This document shows, piece by piece, positions 28,948-38,032 of a DNA stretch of 51,256 bases. Location of the stretch: positions 1 through 51,256 of the IMG/VR virus record IMGVR_UViG_3300049924_000165; one strand, 5' to 3'. The position numbers and the translations under genes are program-made. The stretch's first letter is position 1. Every line of letters begins with the position of its first letter. The notes beneath the pieces are model-generated. The model was not told the origin of the DNA. It searched no databases and saw nothing but the letters and a program-made list of their open reading frames with translations. This DNA is from a virus. Taxonomy: Duplodnaviria > Caudoviricetes.

Positions 28948-29826
28948 GTGAACTATTCGGCACATTATGATCGGCTGATTGCCCGCGCTCGTATCCGAGT
29001 TCTTACCGGATACCGAGAACTTCACCACGTTGTTCCTCGCTGCATGGGTGGCGGTGACGACAAAGCAAATCTCGTAGGACTTACGCCAGAGGAACACTAC
29101 GTCGCGCATCAGTTGTTGGTGAAGATGCACAAGAGCAATATCGGGCTTGTGTGGGCCTCCGTTAACATGTCCTATCGCGCTGGACGGAACAAGGCTTACG
29201 GATGGTTGCGCCGCCGCCTTGCAAATGAAGTCTCAGAAATGAATAGAGGAAATAAGTATAGCGTTGGGCGAAAACATACGCCGGAACAGAGAGCCAGGAA
29301 CTCTGCCGCGCGGATTGGTAAACCACTTCCGAGGGAACAGGTTGCCAAGATGGTTTTAGCGAATACTGGCCGCAAGATGTCAGCAGACCATAGAGCAAAG
29401 ATGGAGCCTATCTGGGCGGCGCAACGCGGTCAAAAACGTAATATTCACTTTACCGCAGAAGCGCGCGCGAAGATATCTGCTACGCATAAAGGCAATACTC
29501 GTGCGCGAGGAAAGAAATTGCCGCCTCGTTCTGCTGAGTTTAGGTTGAAGATGCGAAATGCCAATCTCGGTAAGCGTCATTCAGCAGAGACTCGTGCCAA
29601 GATAAGCGCCATACAGGTAGGTAAGAAATTAACGGCAGAGCATCGCGCTAAGATTTCAGCCGGTATGCGTGGGAACCGAAATTGCATAGGAATTAAACAG
29701 TCACTAGAAACTCGTGCAAAAAGATCGGATACATTGCACCTACCGGATGTATATGCAAAACTGGTGGCCGCAAATACCGGCCGCGTTCCTTGGAATAAAG
29801 GTAAGACTTTCAAGAAGGAACAATAA
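28948..29826 (+). CDS. Second HNH/NUMOD3 homing endonuclease
   Basis: ELHHVVPRCMGG...NLVGLTPEEHYVAHQLL, several H.AE.RAKIS repeats, PWNKG. Confidence 0.88.
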   Translation: MNYSAHYDRLIARARIRVLTGYRELHHVVPRCMGGGDDKANLVGLTPEEHYVAHQLLVKMHKSNIGLVWASVNMSYRAGRNKAYGWLRRRLANEVSEMNRGNKYSVGRKHTPEQRARNSAARIGKPLPREQVAKMVLANTGRKMSADHRAKMEPIWAAQRGQKRNIHFTAEARAKISATHKGNTRARGKKLPPRSAEFRLKMRNANLGKRHSAETRAKISAIQVGKKLTAEHRAKISAGMRGNRNCIGIKQSLETRAKRSDTLHLPDVYAKLVAANTGRVPWNKGKTFKKEQ

Positions 29827-31025
29827 TGTCGTTAGCCGTATTCAACTCGGCAGCGTTCTTGACGGCAGGACAACTCGCCGTCGCCGCAAATGCCGTTATT
29901 GAAATTCGCAGGGAAGACACCAGCGCGCTTGCATCAATTTTTTCTAACGAAGCGGGAACGGCAGCCATCACCAACCCGTCCGCATTCGCGGACTCGAGCG
30001 GTCGGTTCACATTCTACGCAGCTGGCATACAACGCGGTTACAGCGTTCTCGTCACCAGTGGTGCTGAATCCTTCACGCTGCACAACGTGGCGATTGGGAC
30101 TACCGGGCAGATAGATTGCAACGGCCTTACCAATCTCCCCGCTATTGCCGCAAAGGGAGATGCATGGCGCGGGACTGGCGCCAGCACCGTGGCAACGGAA
30201 TCAGTTGGAGCAGCCGGAACCATACCGCAATCGCGCACCGCTGCAACGACCGGTGTCGCGTGGATATCACCGCTCACGAAACTTATACACGGCTTCGCCT
30301 ATCGTCCATCGGTCGGCTCGCCCACGAACCTGAACGAGCTCGACATTGACGCTGGCGGGGCGATGGATGCAACCGGTGCCTATTGGATAGCAGTCTCCAG
30401 CGGATATGTAAAACAAATCGATGCAGCGTGGGCTGTTGGGACGAACCGCGGGAGCTTGGATACCGGTGCGGTAGGCAATTCTGATTACTACGTTTGGGCG
30501 ATTGCTCGCTCGGATACTGGAGTAACAGACTTCCTGACTTCCCTATCGTCCACCGCCCCGACCATGCCTGCGAATTATGATTTCAAGAGACTGATCGGAT
30601 GGTTTAAGCGCGCGGGCGGCACCATCGTCGCCTTCACCACGAAGGAGATCGAGGGCGGCGGGCTGCTACTGCTCTGGACGACGCCGACGCTGGACGTGAA
30701 CCTCATTAACACTCTTACCACCGCCCGCAGAACGGATGCAGCGAAAGTGCCGCTCGGGTTTTCCGTCGACGCTATTCTGCGCATCGCTGTGGATGATGCC
30801 GCGTCTAACTTCTTCGCTTGGGTGGGCTGCCCCGACCACGCCGATGTCGCCCTAACGGGCGGGTTGGTGAACTCCAACTTTACCGTTGTTGCTGGGGTCA
30901 GCCAATACGTCGAGCGCACCATACCGACGAGCGCCGCCGGGCTGATCGCCGCAGAAGCTACCATCGCCACGGTCGACTCTTACGCATTTTCCACCGTGGG
31001 CTTTACCATGAGCAGGAGGAACTGA
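29826..31025 (+). CDS. Tail fiber / receptor-binding-like protein
   Basis: N-terminal NP..ADSSGRFTFY module; KQIDAAWAVG..GSLDTG, PTMPANYDFKRLIG. Confidence 0.7.
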   Translation: MSLAVFNSAAFLTAGQLAVAANAVIEIRREDTSALASIFSNEAGTAAITNPSAFADSSGRFTFYAAGIQRGYSVLVTSGAESFTLHNVAIGTTGQIDCNGLTNLPAIAAKGDAWRGTGASTVATESVGAAGTIPQSRTAATTGVAWISPLTKLIHGFAYRPSVGSPTNLNELDIDAGGAMDATGAYWIAVSSGYVKQIDAAWAVGTNRGSLDTGAVGNSDYYVWAIARSDTGVTDFLTSLSSTAPTMPANYDFKRLIGWFKRAGGTIVAFTTKEIEGGGLLLLWTTPTLDVNLINTLTTARRTDAAKVPLGFSVDAILRIAVDDAASNFFAWVGCPDHADVALTGGLVNSNFTVVAGVSQYVERTIPTSAAGLIAAEATIATVDSYAFSTVGFTMSRRN

Positions 31026-31366
31026 TGTTTATCGGGCGCAGGCTCGACGGAACCATCTACGGCTGCTGGACTGTTAAGCAACCAGACGACGAGAATCACC
31101 AGCGGCAGGAAGAATTGCCGGATGATCACCCGGACGTTATTGCTTTCCTGGCGCCGCGGACGCCAGATCCGAGAATAGTGGCGGATGACAACGAGCGGGA
31201 CGCCTGCAAAGCAGACGGTGCGCTGCTCACGCTCATCAACCAGACTCGCTCCGAGTGGGCTACATGGGCCGCAGCAAACTTCCCCACGCTTACCGCAGCG
31301 GAACGCACGCGCATCGGCATCATTTGCTGGATGCTCGCAGTGTCCATACGCAGATTGATACGCTGA
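31025..31366 (+). CDS. Hypothetical protein (fiber-associated)
   Basis: AGGAGG RBS, TGATG coupling, EELPDDHPDVIAFL. Confidence 0.6.
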   Translation: MFIGRRLDGTIYGCWTVKQPDDENHQRQEELPDDHPDVIAFLAPRTPDPRIVADDNERDACKADGALLTLINQTRSEWATWAAANFPTLTAAERTRIGIICWMLAVSIRRLIR

Positions 31367-31384
31367 TGGTCATGGACTGGCTAG

Positions 31385-31555
31385 ATGCCTGGCCCCTTCC
31401 CAGAAAAGATACGCTGCCCGTAGGTGGTTGCCGTGAGGGCGGACGGGACGCGCATCCTGTGCAACCGCGCGATGAAGTGGCTGCCAGCGGAGCAACGCTG
31501 GATTTGCGAGAAGTGCAAAGTAGGAGGAAAGCATGGACCTGATCTACGCAGCTGA
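31385..31555 (+). pseudogene. Zinc-ribbon-like ORF with an internal TAG
   Basis: MPGPFPEKIRCP*VVAVRADGTRILCNRAMKWLPAEQRWICEKC...; TAG at 31421-31423. Confidence 0.35.
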
Positions 31556-31892
31556 TGTGGCGCCAGCCGTATCTGCCGTTGTTACCTCGTCGCAAACCGC
31601 AGGCGTAAGTGACTTGGTTTGGCAGGCTCTGATTGCCGGTGTTGTGACCGTCATTCTTGCGATCTTCAATGCAATGACTCAGATCAAGCTGTCGCAAATT
31701 CAAAAGACCGGGGTCGATACTCACATACTGGTAAACAAGAACTACGGCATACAGTTGAACCTCACGAAAATAGCGCTGCGGCGCGTGGCGGACATTACCA
31801 AGGACGCGATAGACGTTGCGGCGGCGGATGAGGCGGACAGGCTCTATATCGAGCACATGGCACGGCAGGCTATCGTAGACTCGAACCGGTAA
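31533..31892 (+). CDS. Membrane protein (lysis region)
   Basis: AGGAGG RBS; one transmembrane segment LVWQALIAGVVTVILAIF. Confidence 0.65.
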   Translation: MDLIYAADVAPAVSAVVTSSQTAGVSDLVWQALIAGVVTVILAIFNAMTQIKLSQIQKTGVDTHILVNKNYGIQLNLTKIALRRVADITKDAIDVAAADEADRLYIEHMARQAIVDSNR

Positions 31893-31944
31893 TACTTTTG
31901 TCCTATACCGAACAGACGATTTATAACAACCATCGCATCATGCT

Positions 31945-32241
31945 ATGAATGAAAAAGAACACTACGACTGCGGCATTGATGGCGACGAGGCCCAGCCATT
32001 GACACTAGGGAGGTTTAATCGCTTCATGCGCCGGATACGCGCAACGCATGAAGAGAGGATGGACGCGATGGGAAAGAATTTTGAAGTTATCCAGAAGGAA
32101 CTGCATGACCACATCATTGAGGACAAACTGATGAAGGCGCGAATCATGGGCGGTCTGTTTGCGATCAAGTGGATGGTGGTCGGCGTTCCCGCTCTACTCA
32201 TCTTCATCCTCTATCTCATGCACAAGGCTGGGATGATATGA
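31945..32241 (+). CDS. Coiled-coil protein with a C-terminal membrane anchor
   Basis: Transmembrane segment WMVVGVPALLIFILYLM. Confidence 0.6.
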   Translation: MNEKEHYDCGIDGDEAQPLTLGRFNRFMRRIRATHEERMDAMGKNFEVIQKELHDHIIEDKLMKARIMGGLFAIKWMVVGVPALLIFILYLMHKAGMI

Positions 32242-32546
32242 GCCAACCGGAGCAGAGGAAGGGCGAGCGAAGGGCGCCGTTCATGGTGGACGAAGCAAAG
32301 TTCTCCACGCAGCGCCTCGTGACTTACGTCATCCTGCTTATCTTCACGGCCGTTACCGCCAACGTGCTGATCGGTCAAGACCAGGCCGAACGCTCGACGA
32401 TCATTCAGACCGTCATCAACTTCGCCATGCTCGCGATCGGCTTCTGGCTTGGCGCAAGTAAGCAGGCGCAGGACAATGCGCAATCGGCATCGAGAATCGC
32501 GGAGGCCATCAATCCACCGCCGCAACCGCCGAAGGCAGAAGCATGA
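32238..32546 (+). CDS. Putative holin
   Basis: Two transmembrane segments, IGFWLGAS, directly upstream of the endolysin. Confidence 0.65.
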   Translation: MSQPEQRKGERRAPFMVDEAKFSTQRLVTYVILLIFTAVTANVLIGQDQAERSTIIQTVINFAMLAIGFWLGASKQAQDNAQSASRIAEAINPPPQPPKAEA

Positions 32547-33016
32547 GCTTTACCGCCTTCGGACCGGTCTACAAGGCAACCATCGCCCTGCTACCTCCGA
32601 GCTTGGAGAATCCCGCGGCGAAGGCCATGTTGATTGCTATCGCCATGCAGGAGTCGCGTTGGGACGAGCGGCGGCAGATCGGCGGCCCGGCTCGGGGATT
32701 CTTTCAGTTCGAGATCGCCGGCATTAGGAGCGTTCTGAATCACCGGGCAAGCCAGCCCATCATCCATGCTGTGCTGGACAGGCTGGATTACGACCATGCG
32801 CCGCTGACGAGTTTCACCGCCATCGAGCACAACGACGTGCTGGCGTTCGCCTACGCACGTTGCCTGCTGTGGACGCTACCGGCACCGCTGCCGTTACGTG
32901 GAGAAGCGGACGAGGGCTGGGAGCAATACATTGCAGCATGGCGTCCTGGCAAGCCGCATCGTGCGAGCTGGGGCAAGTTTTTCTCCGATGCGTGGAACAT
33001 CGTTTCTCAACCGTGA
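32543..33016 (+). CDS. Endolysin (lysozyme-like fold)
   Basis: AIAMQESR, RRQIGGPARGFFQFE, Y...WRPGKPH. Confidence 0.78.
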   Translation: MSFTAFGPVYKATIALLPPSLENPAAKAMLIAIAMQESRWDERRQIGGPARGFFQFEIAGIRSVLNHRASQPIIHAVLDRLDYDHAPLTSFTAIEHNDVLAFAYARCLLWTLPAPLPLRGEADEGWEQYIAAWRPGKPHRASWGKFFSDAWNIVSQP

Positions 33017-33026
33017 AGGAATTACT

Positions 33027-33368
33027 ATGACCAAATCACTGCGCATCACGTTCCTGTCGCTACTGCTGTTCCTGCCAGGCTGTCAGTCGCTCGGCCTGCC
33101 GTCTGCCGACACGTTCAACGAGAGGGCGGCCGTCGTTCTTGGAACGATCACGACGGTAAGGCAGACGGCTACAACGCTGCTCGAACAGAAGAAGATTACA
33201 GCGGAGGACGGGCAGCATGTCCTTTCCGCCACCGACAGCGCGAGGGCTGGTCTTGACATTGCCCGCACGCTCAATAAGTCCAACCCGCAGGCCGGCAGCG
33301 CTAAGCTCGATTCCATCCGCACGGCGCTGGTTGCCATCCAATCCTACCTCGCCACGAGGAGTAAATAA
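33027..33368 (+). CDS. Lipoprotein (spanin-like position)
   Basis: Signal peptide with lipobox LPGC; AAGGA RBS. Confidence 0.7.
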   Translation: MTKSLRITFLSLLLFLPGCQSLGLPSADTFNERAAVVLGTITTVRQTATTLLEQKKITAEDGQHVLSATDSARAGLDIARTLNKSNPQAGSAKLDSIRTALVAIQSYLATRSK

Positions 33369-33556
33369 TGAACGCTGATACTGCAATAACACTGGCCCTA
33401 TCACTGCTCGACCGCGCCGCGGCTTACGGGTCACTCGTCACCGCCGCTCGAGCCGAAGGACGAGACGTATCCGATGTGGAATTGGATGCGCTCGCCGCCG
33501 AGGATGACGCCGCCCGGAAGGAACTGGAGAATGCAATCAAGAAGCGGCGCGGCTAG
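33368..33556 (+). CDS. Small hypothetical protein
   Basis: TAATG coupling, 62 aa, helical. Confidence 0.6.
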   Translation: MNADTAITLALSLLDRAAAYGSLVTAARAEGRDVSDVELDALAAEDDAARKELENAIKKRRG

Positions 33557-33558
33557 AC

Positions 33559-33978
33559 ATGCGAGAAGTGAATTGGTTCCCGTTCTCCGGTTGGCTGCCG
33601 CTCATCGCCATCCTGTCCATGCCGGTATTCGCACAGACACTCAACGAACTGGAGGATCTGAACAAACGAGCCGGCATGATACGGGTGAGGATTGTCAACC
33701 TCACTTGCATGAAGTTCGCGACTAAGGTTGTCAATAGCGAAATGCTGCCGGGACCGTGCCTGGAGTCTGGCAAGGTTTTCAACCATGACAGCGCCGCGCC
33801 CTATCACGCCAGAGTGCAGGCGGCTAGGGACGCCATCAAGGCCGCCATGACGCTGGGAACTGGTGGGATGGTGGTCTGTCTCGGGAAGCTGCAGCCTCGA
33901 CACGATTGCCTGTTCGCAAGTATCGCCCTGATGAACGAACTGGATGGAGCCCTAGACAGAGCTCAGGGTGGATTCTGA
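33559..33978 (+). CDS. Putative secreted protein
   Basis: Signal peptide ending VFA; four Cys; last gene before the terminator. Confidence 0.55.
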   Translation: MREVNWFPFSGWLPLIAILSMPVFAQTLNELEDLNKRAGMIRVRIVNLTCMKFATKVVNSEMLPGPCLESGKVFNHDSAAPYHARVQAARDAIKAAMTLGTGGMVVCLGKLQPRHDCLFASIALMNELDGALDRAQGGF

Positions 33979-34034
33979 ATTAGGCGCGAAATAGTGCAGG
34001 CCGGGAAATCCTGCACGGTGGTCGCGCCTACCTT

Positions 34035-34060
34035 GGAGCCTCTACGGAGGCTCCTTTTTT
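34035..34060 (+). terminator. Rho-independent terminator of the late operon
   Basis: GGAGCCTC-TACG-GAGGCTCC-TTTTTT. Confidence 0.9.
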
Positions 34061-34270
34061 ACAATGATGGCGCCATCGGTCTAACCCGCTCTGCGCTTCT
34101 TCTTGGCGGCGAGGGTCATAGGCTTGTTACCTTCGGCCATGAATTCCATACTTCCGTAGTTACAACTATTGGCAGCCTTGGAAGTTGGTAATTCTGAATC
34201 ATCACGTATCCGCCACCACTAGCCAGTCGATACCACAAATAGCCGTGTATGTCAGACCGCAGATCGAGCT

Positions 34271-34429
34271 TCACTTCTTCCCCTTCTTGGCGGCGAGGCG
34301 GGCGCCAGTTCGTCTAAGGATTCTGTCCGCCAGTTTGACTTGCTTCTCGTTCACATGTGGCTGACTCAGGATGATAGAGACGCATAGAATCCTTGCGTCA
34401 GTGATAACCGCTTTCTCAGTCTTGGTCAC
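34271..34429 (-). CDS. Small basic hypothetical protein
   Basis: GTG after GGAGAGG; MTKTEKAVITDARILC...LAAKKGKK. Confidence 0.45.
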   Translation of the reverse strand: MTKTEKAVITDARILCVSIILSQPHVNEKQVKLADRILRRTGARLAAKKGKK

Positions 34430-34604
34430 GTTCCTCTCCCACGTTCGTAATTCTGATGCGATGCGGGCCGTGTACTACGCGCATTTCACCGGCGGGAAGT
34501 GTTGGGTCTACGACAACTCTAATGAATCTGGTGGAAAGCTCGGACTCAATCTTGTTGAGTTCCTCGCCTAGCTCCCAAATCGTCATGCTTTTGTAGTCGC
34601 TCAC
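34416..34604 (-). CDS. Hypothetical protein
   Basis: GTGA coupling with the upstream gene; GAGAGG RBS. Confidence 0.5.
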   Translation of the reverse strand: MSDYKSMTIWELGEELNKIESELSTRFIRVVVDPTLPAGEMRVVHGPHRIRITNVGEERDQD

Positions 34605-35545
34605 GTTCCTCTCCCTGGTTGCTCGGGCGCGGCCAGAACAGACTTTGCAATCTCCCACGCCTGCTCGTAATTAGGCATATGGCCTGCTGGAATTTGCGGC
34701 AATGTAATCCACAGTTGCATCAGTAGTGAAGCAACAATTCTCTTCTTCTCATCCTCCGTCGGCTCCAGCGGCACCCACCTACCCGGTGCCCCGCTCACAG
34801 GGCCAGCTTCTACTAACTGTGAAGTGCCGACGTTTCCCTTCGGCGTCTTAGCTGGCTCCACAGTAGGAGGCCCGTCGGCTCCCTGTGGCGCGGCATTCTG
34901 TTCGGGTGCCCCGCCGTCATGCTCTCCTTGCCCTACACTTTCATGAGCTTTAGTCCAGCCTTGGCATCCATTCTTCGGCATTTGCTCCGTGGCAGTCGAG
35001 GCATGGGGCGAGGCGTTCGTTGGTGGCTCACACATCGGGCAGACAGTTTTGAAGTGTCCGCCATACTCGGCGGCTATGGTCCACGGCAGACCTTTGTGCT
35101 TATCGCACGGCATGTAAACGACGGGCGAGGCGTTCGATAGGGGTGCAGCCACCGCAGGAGGAACGGCAGTATCACCTTTCGGGCCTCCGTCGGTCTGGTT
35201 TACAACCTGCGGCGCTGCGTTCGTTATGTCCTCTCTGAATTTCTCGAACTTTGCCCTGCGTAGCGATTCCATCTCTGGGGCGTTCTGGTATTCGTATTCG
35301 CGCTGCGCCCGTTCGATTACTAAGCGTTCACTGACACCAGCATGGAAGATACCGTTGCCGATCTGAGCAGGTTTGGCTAGCTTCGCATCGTTCGGGGCGA
35401 GGCTCTGGAGGGCCATGTCAAAGCATTTACGATGCTTCTCCACGTCGCCTAGAAAGTTCAGCGGCTTGACGCCATACATCTTCTCTACTTCAGCGAGATA
35501 CCGTTCCCATAGAGTGCTCAGTGCCTTGGTGGTGGTCATGTCCAT
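34601..35545 (-). CDS. Mosaic hypothetical early protein
   Basis: 314 aa; repeated NAAPQ/NASP segments and a C..H...C..C motif. Confidence 0.55.
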   Translation of the reverse strand: MDMTTTKALSTLWERYLAEVEKMYGVKPLNFLGDVEKHRKCFDMALQSLAPNDAKLAKPAQIGNGIFHAGVSERLVIERAQREYEYQNAPEMESLRRAKFEKFREDITNAAPQVVNQTDGGPKGDTAVPPAVAAPLSNASPVVYMPCDKHKGLPWTIAAEYGGHFKTVCPMCEPPTNASPHASTATEQMPKNGCQGWTKAHESVGQGEHDGGAPEQNAAPQGADGPPTVEPAKTPKGNVGTSQLVEAGPVSGAPGRWVPLEPTEDEKKRIVASLLMQLWITLPQIPAGHMPNYEQAWEIAKSVLAAPEQPGRGT

Positions 35546-35763
35546 ATTCCTCGGAGAAGATGCTTCGTTGTTACACCTAGTGCGCGAGCGATTTCCTCAA
35601 CTTGATGCAATGGCAGCCGCTGGCGACCAGTTTCTATATTGACGATGGAGACTCTGGTGTAACCCGTCCGCTTCGCAAGCTCCTCTTGCGTAATTCCCAG
35701 CGTTTCGCGCACATGGCGAATCTTCAAGGCGATCAATCCATAAATAGGCTCAAGCGGTTTCAT
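35536..35763 (-). CDS. XRE-family HTH regulator
   Basis: IRHVRETLGITQEELAKRTGYTRVSIVNIETGRQ. Confidence 0.88.
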   Translation of the reverse strand: MKPLEPIYGLIALKIRHVRETLGITQEELAKRTGYTRVSIVNIETGRQRLPLHQVEEIARALGVTTKHLLRGIWT

Positions 35764-36077
35764 CGTTCAACTCCCGGCAGCGAGCGGATTGCCTCATGAT
35801 CCTGTGCGAAGCAAATCTCATGCATTCGTTCGTGCATTCGTTTCACTGTAATGTGATCGCTTGTGTATTCCGCCCACAATAATTGAACCTGTCCGAACAT
35901 CTCCCTTGCCTCCCGCAGCTTGCGCTCGGCGGCGGTGAGGGCGCGTTCGGTAGAGAAACACAGATCCCGCCATTCGGCAATTCTCTGCCCGATGCTAACT
36001 AGCGTGTGATCGCGCCCTAGTTGGGCGTCGCTCAACGGCGTCTCGCTCTGCTCCGGGCGGGGGGTGTCGTTAGTCAT
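35760..36077 (-). CDS. Hypothetical protein
   Basis: AAGGAG RBS before ATG 36077; coupled stop. Confidence 0.55.
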   Translation of the reverse strand: MTNDTPRPEQSETPLSDAQLGRDHTLVSIGQRIAEWRDLCFSTERALTAAERKLREAREMFGQVQLLWAEYTSDHITVKRMHERMHEICFAQDHEAIRSLPGVER

Positions 36078-36648
36078 GTTTGTTCTCCTTGTAGAGAATC
36101 GGGCGCGACGGCCACATATCTCCGTCATCATGTATCCACCAACTACCATTCGGCCACTCTCCGTGGTAGGAAGCGGTATCGATTCCGGTGCTTCCAGCTT
36201 CAATCACTCTGAACGTACTACCATCCTTCGGGCAGTAAATCGCATCACGCCAGCCAAAGTCCTTGAGCCTGTAATGCGCGTTGAACAAGGCACGAATAGC
36301 TGATTGCTCATCAGGCATCGCCGTCCTGCGCGCTTCTTCCGCTTTGTCAACGGCGGCGATAATGGCGTCCGCCTCGCGCTTTCTCAGTGGAGTGTGCGAA
36401 CCATTTTTAAGCGTCTTGTGGCCAACAATCGGATCCTCATCGCCCACCAGTTCCGCGTGCGGGGAGGGGGAGACGCGGCGGTTCCATGCTTCGACCATTT
36501 TCTCTCGGGTGTCGTAGGTGTCTCCGTGGAATGTATTGCACGCTCCGATGCACTTAGCAGTCCATTCGCCTAGACCGCAGCCATACACAACAGCCTCGCA
36601 CCCACAAAACGGGCACGGCTTCAGTTCCGCGCTGCTATCGTTTGTCAT
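36070..36648 (-). CDS. Lar-family (restriction alleviation) Zn-finger fused to a second domain
   Basis: ELKPCPFCG...C...C...EAWNRR; C-terminal GWRDAIYCPKDGS. Confidence 0.75.
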   Translation of the reverse strand: MTNDSSAELKPCPFCGCEAVVYGCGLGEWTAKCIGACNTFHGDTYDTREKMVEAWNRRVSPSPHAELVGDEDPIVGHKTLKNGSHTPLRKREADAIIAAVDKAEEARRTAMPDEQSAIRALFNAHYRLKDFGWRDAIYCPKDGSTFRVIEAGSTGIDTASYHGEWPNGSWWIHDDGDMWPSRPILYKENKHD

Positions 36649-36869
36649 GGCAGAGAATCCAAGAATTTGTCCAAGTCATCACATGCCTTACGAACGTCAT
36701 CTATTTCCCTTCGGGTGAGCACCTTGTTAGGCGTGTTCAACGAATCGGCAGGATGCCAGTTGTCCCACCCGAAGCGTTGGGCTTTACATAGTATGTGAAT
36801 GAGTTCAGCGCATTCCTCTATGCAACGAACAGCAGGGTGTCCAGTATTGGCATAACGTGGGTCGCTCAT
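36645..36869 (-). CDS. MazG-like NTP pyrophosphohydrolase-fold protein
   Basis: IEECAELIHILCK..RFG...REIDDV (EExxE...ExxD). Confidence 0.6.
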   Translation of the reverse strand: MSDPRYANTGHPAVRCIEECAELIHILCKAQRFGWDNWHPADSLNTPNKVLTRREIDDVRKACDDLDKFLDSLP

Positions 36870-36974
36870 GCTCACTCCCCCTTCGACTTGTGTTGATAAA
36901 TCCACGGTGCAATGCTGTCCGAGTTAAATTTCGTATCACAGCGTCTACAATGGTGTTCACCTTCGTGGAGTTTG

Positions 36975-37199
36975 TCATGGCCTGGCCTCTGGGCTTGTAT
37001 GATCTTTCCATGTCGGGGGCAACGCAGCCCACACGACAATGCGCATGAAACCGTGTGCATCTGGCATCGCCTTACCCTCAAGGAACCTGGACAGTGTAGA
37101 TTCAGTGATACCGATTTCTTCTGCGGCCTTCTTTTGGGTCATCCTGTAGGCAGCCAGATAAATTCTTATCATTTCAGCGAGTCTCGAAGTCGTTCTCAT
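36975..37199 (-). CDS. XRE-family HTH protein
   Basis: MTQKKAAEEIGITESTLSRFLEGKAMP. Confidence 0.8.
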   Translation of the reverse strand: MRTTSRLAEMIRIYLAAYRMTQKKAAEEIGITESTLSRFLEGKAMPDAHGFMRIVVWAALPPTWKDHTSPEARP

Positions 37200-37672
37200 T
37201 TCTCCCCCTTCCCGGCGAGTGCGTCGTCAATACGATCACGAACCGGACTTGAGCCGCGATTGTCCTGCGGAGTCGAAAACTGCCATCGGTAGTATTGCCC
37301 GTCGTCGCTCATGTCTATGTAGTGGTAATTACGATCAAGCCAATCCAACCTCTCCGCATCCTTCCTCATCGCCGCCGCCTCGGCCTCGGCATCCGCTTTG
37401 CCATTTTTGTAACCGTCGATCTGTCGAATGCCGCACTCTGCTCGTAAACTCTCGTTCTCTCTTTGAGTCACTTCGAGCGCGGCGCGGAGCCTTAGAATTT
37501 CCAATGCCATCTGCCTGACTAGCAGGGTCGGATGGGCAGCAGCCAGAGATTCAACAATCTGAGGCTTGGCAAAATATTCAGGTATGGCTTCGCACGGCAT
37601 CTTCTGCGTGGTCGGCATCATTGCTCCTTCCTCACAATCGTAGCGCCGCGAAGGCAGAAAAGGTTCGTTCAC
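37196..37672 (-). CDS. Hypothetical early protein (Ead/Ea22-like coiled coil)
   Basis: EILRLRAALE, KDAERLDWL, RDRIDDAL. Confidence 0.55.
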   Translation of the reverse strand: MNEPFLPSRRYDCEEGAMMPTTQKMPCEAIPEYFAKPQIVESLAAAHPTLLVRQMALEILRLRAALEVTQRENESLRAECGIRQIDGYKNGKADAEAEAAAMRKDAERLDWLDRNYHYIDMSDDGQYYRWQFSTPQDNRGSSPVRDRIDDALAGKGEK

Positions 37673-38028
37673 TTGGCCTTATTCGTTTTGCGAACCAGGA
37701 TGGCGAGCGGGTCACGCTCCGCGGGAAGCGGCTTCTTCTTCAGGTATTGCTTTTCCAGCGATTCCATTCCTGCAAGCACGGCCCGAACTTCTTTAGCCGT
37801 TACTTTCTTGCGGTTGTAAGAGCGACCCCATGGCGGGGATGCGTGGACGATTAGCAGGATAAGCGCCCCCTCATTCAGTGGTCCCGCTCGCAGCTTCCTG
37901 ACACCATCCGAAATCGCCTTGATGCTTTCGGCCAACACTTCCAACGGAACCGGCTTTTGCTCGTCCTGTTTAACAACGATGTTTTCCACGTTCTCTCCTT
38001 GGTAAATGTCAATTAGCACCACGCTCAA
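37669..38028 (-). CDS. Hypothetical protein
   Basis: Coupled ORF in the leftward early operon; the start may be the GTG after AAGGAG. Confidence 0.55.
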   Translation of the reverse strand: MSVVLIDIYQGENVENIVVKQDEQKPVPLEVLAESIKAISDGVRKLRAGPLNEGALILLIVHASPPWGRSYNRKKVTAKEVRAVLAGMESLEKQYLKKKPLPAERDPLAILVRKTNKAK

Positions 38029-38032
38029 ATAA

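Noticed and set aside
26522-31025. Diversity-generating retroelement or invertible tail-fiber cassette
   Set aside because: I saw no reverse transcriptase, invertase or template/variable repeat pair.
31421-31423. Genome-wide amber (TAG) recoding
   Set aside because: TAG ends several clear genes (1817, 9550, 21775, 26518, 28939), so it is a normal stop here.
34099-34298. 16-bp direct repeat CTTCTTGGCGGCGAGG as an attachment site
   Set aside because: Both copies encode LAAKK at the ends of small minus-strand ORFs and no integrase is present; more likely a small duplication.
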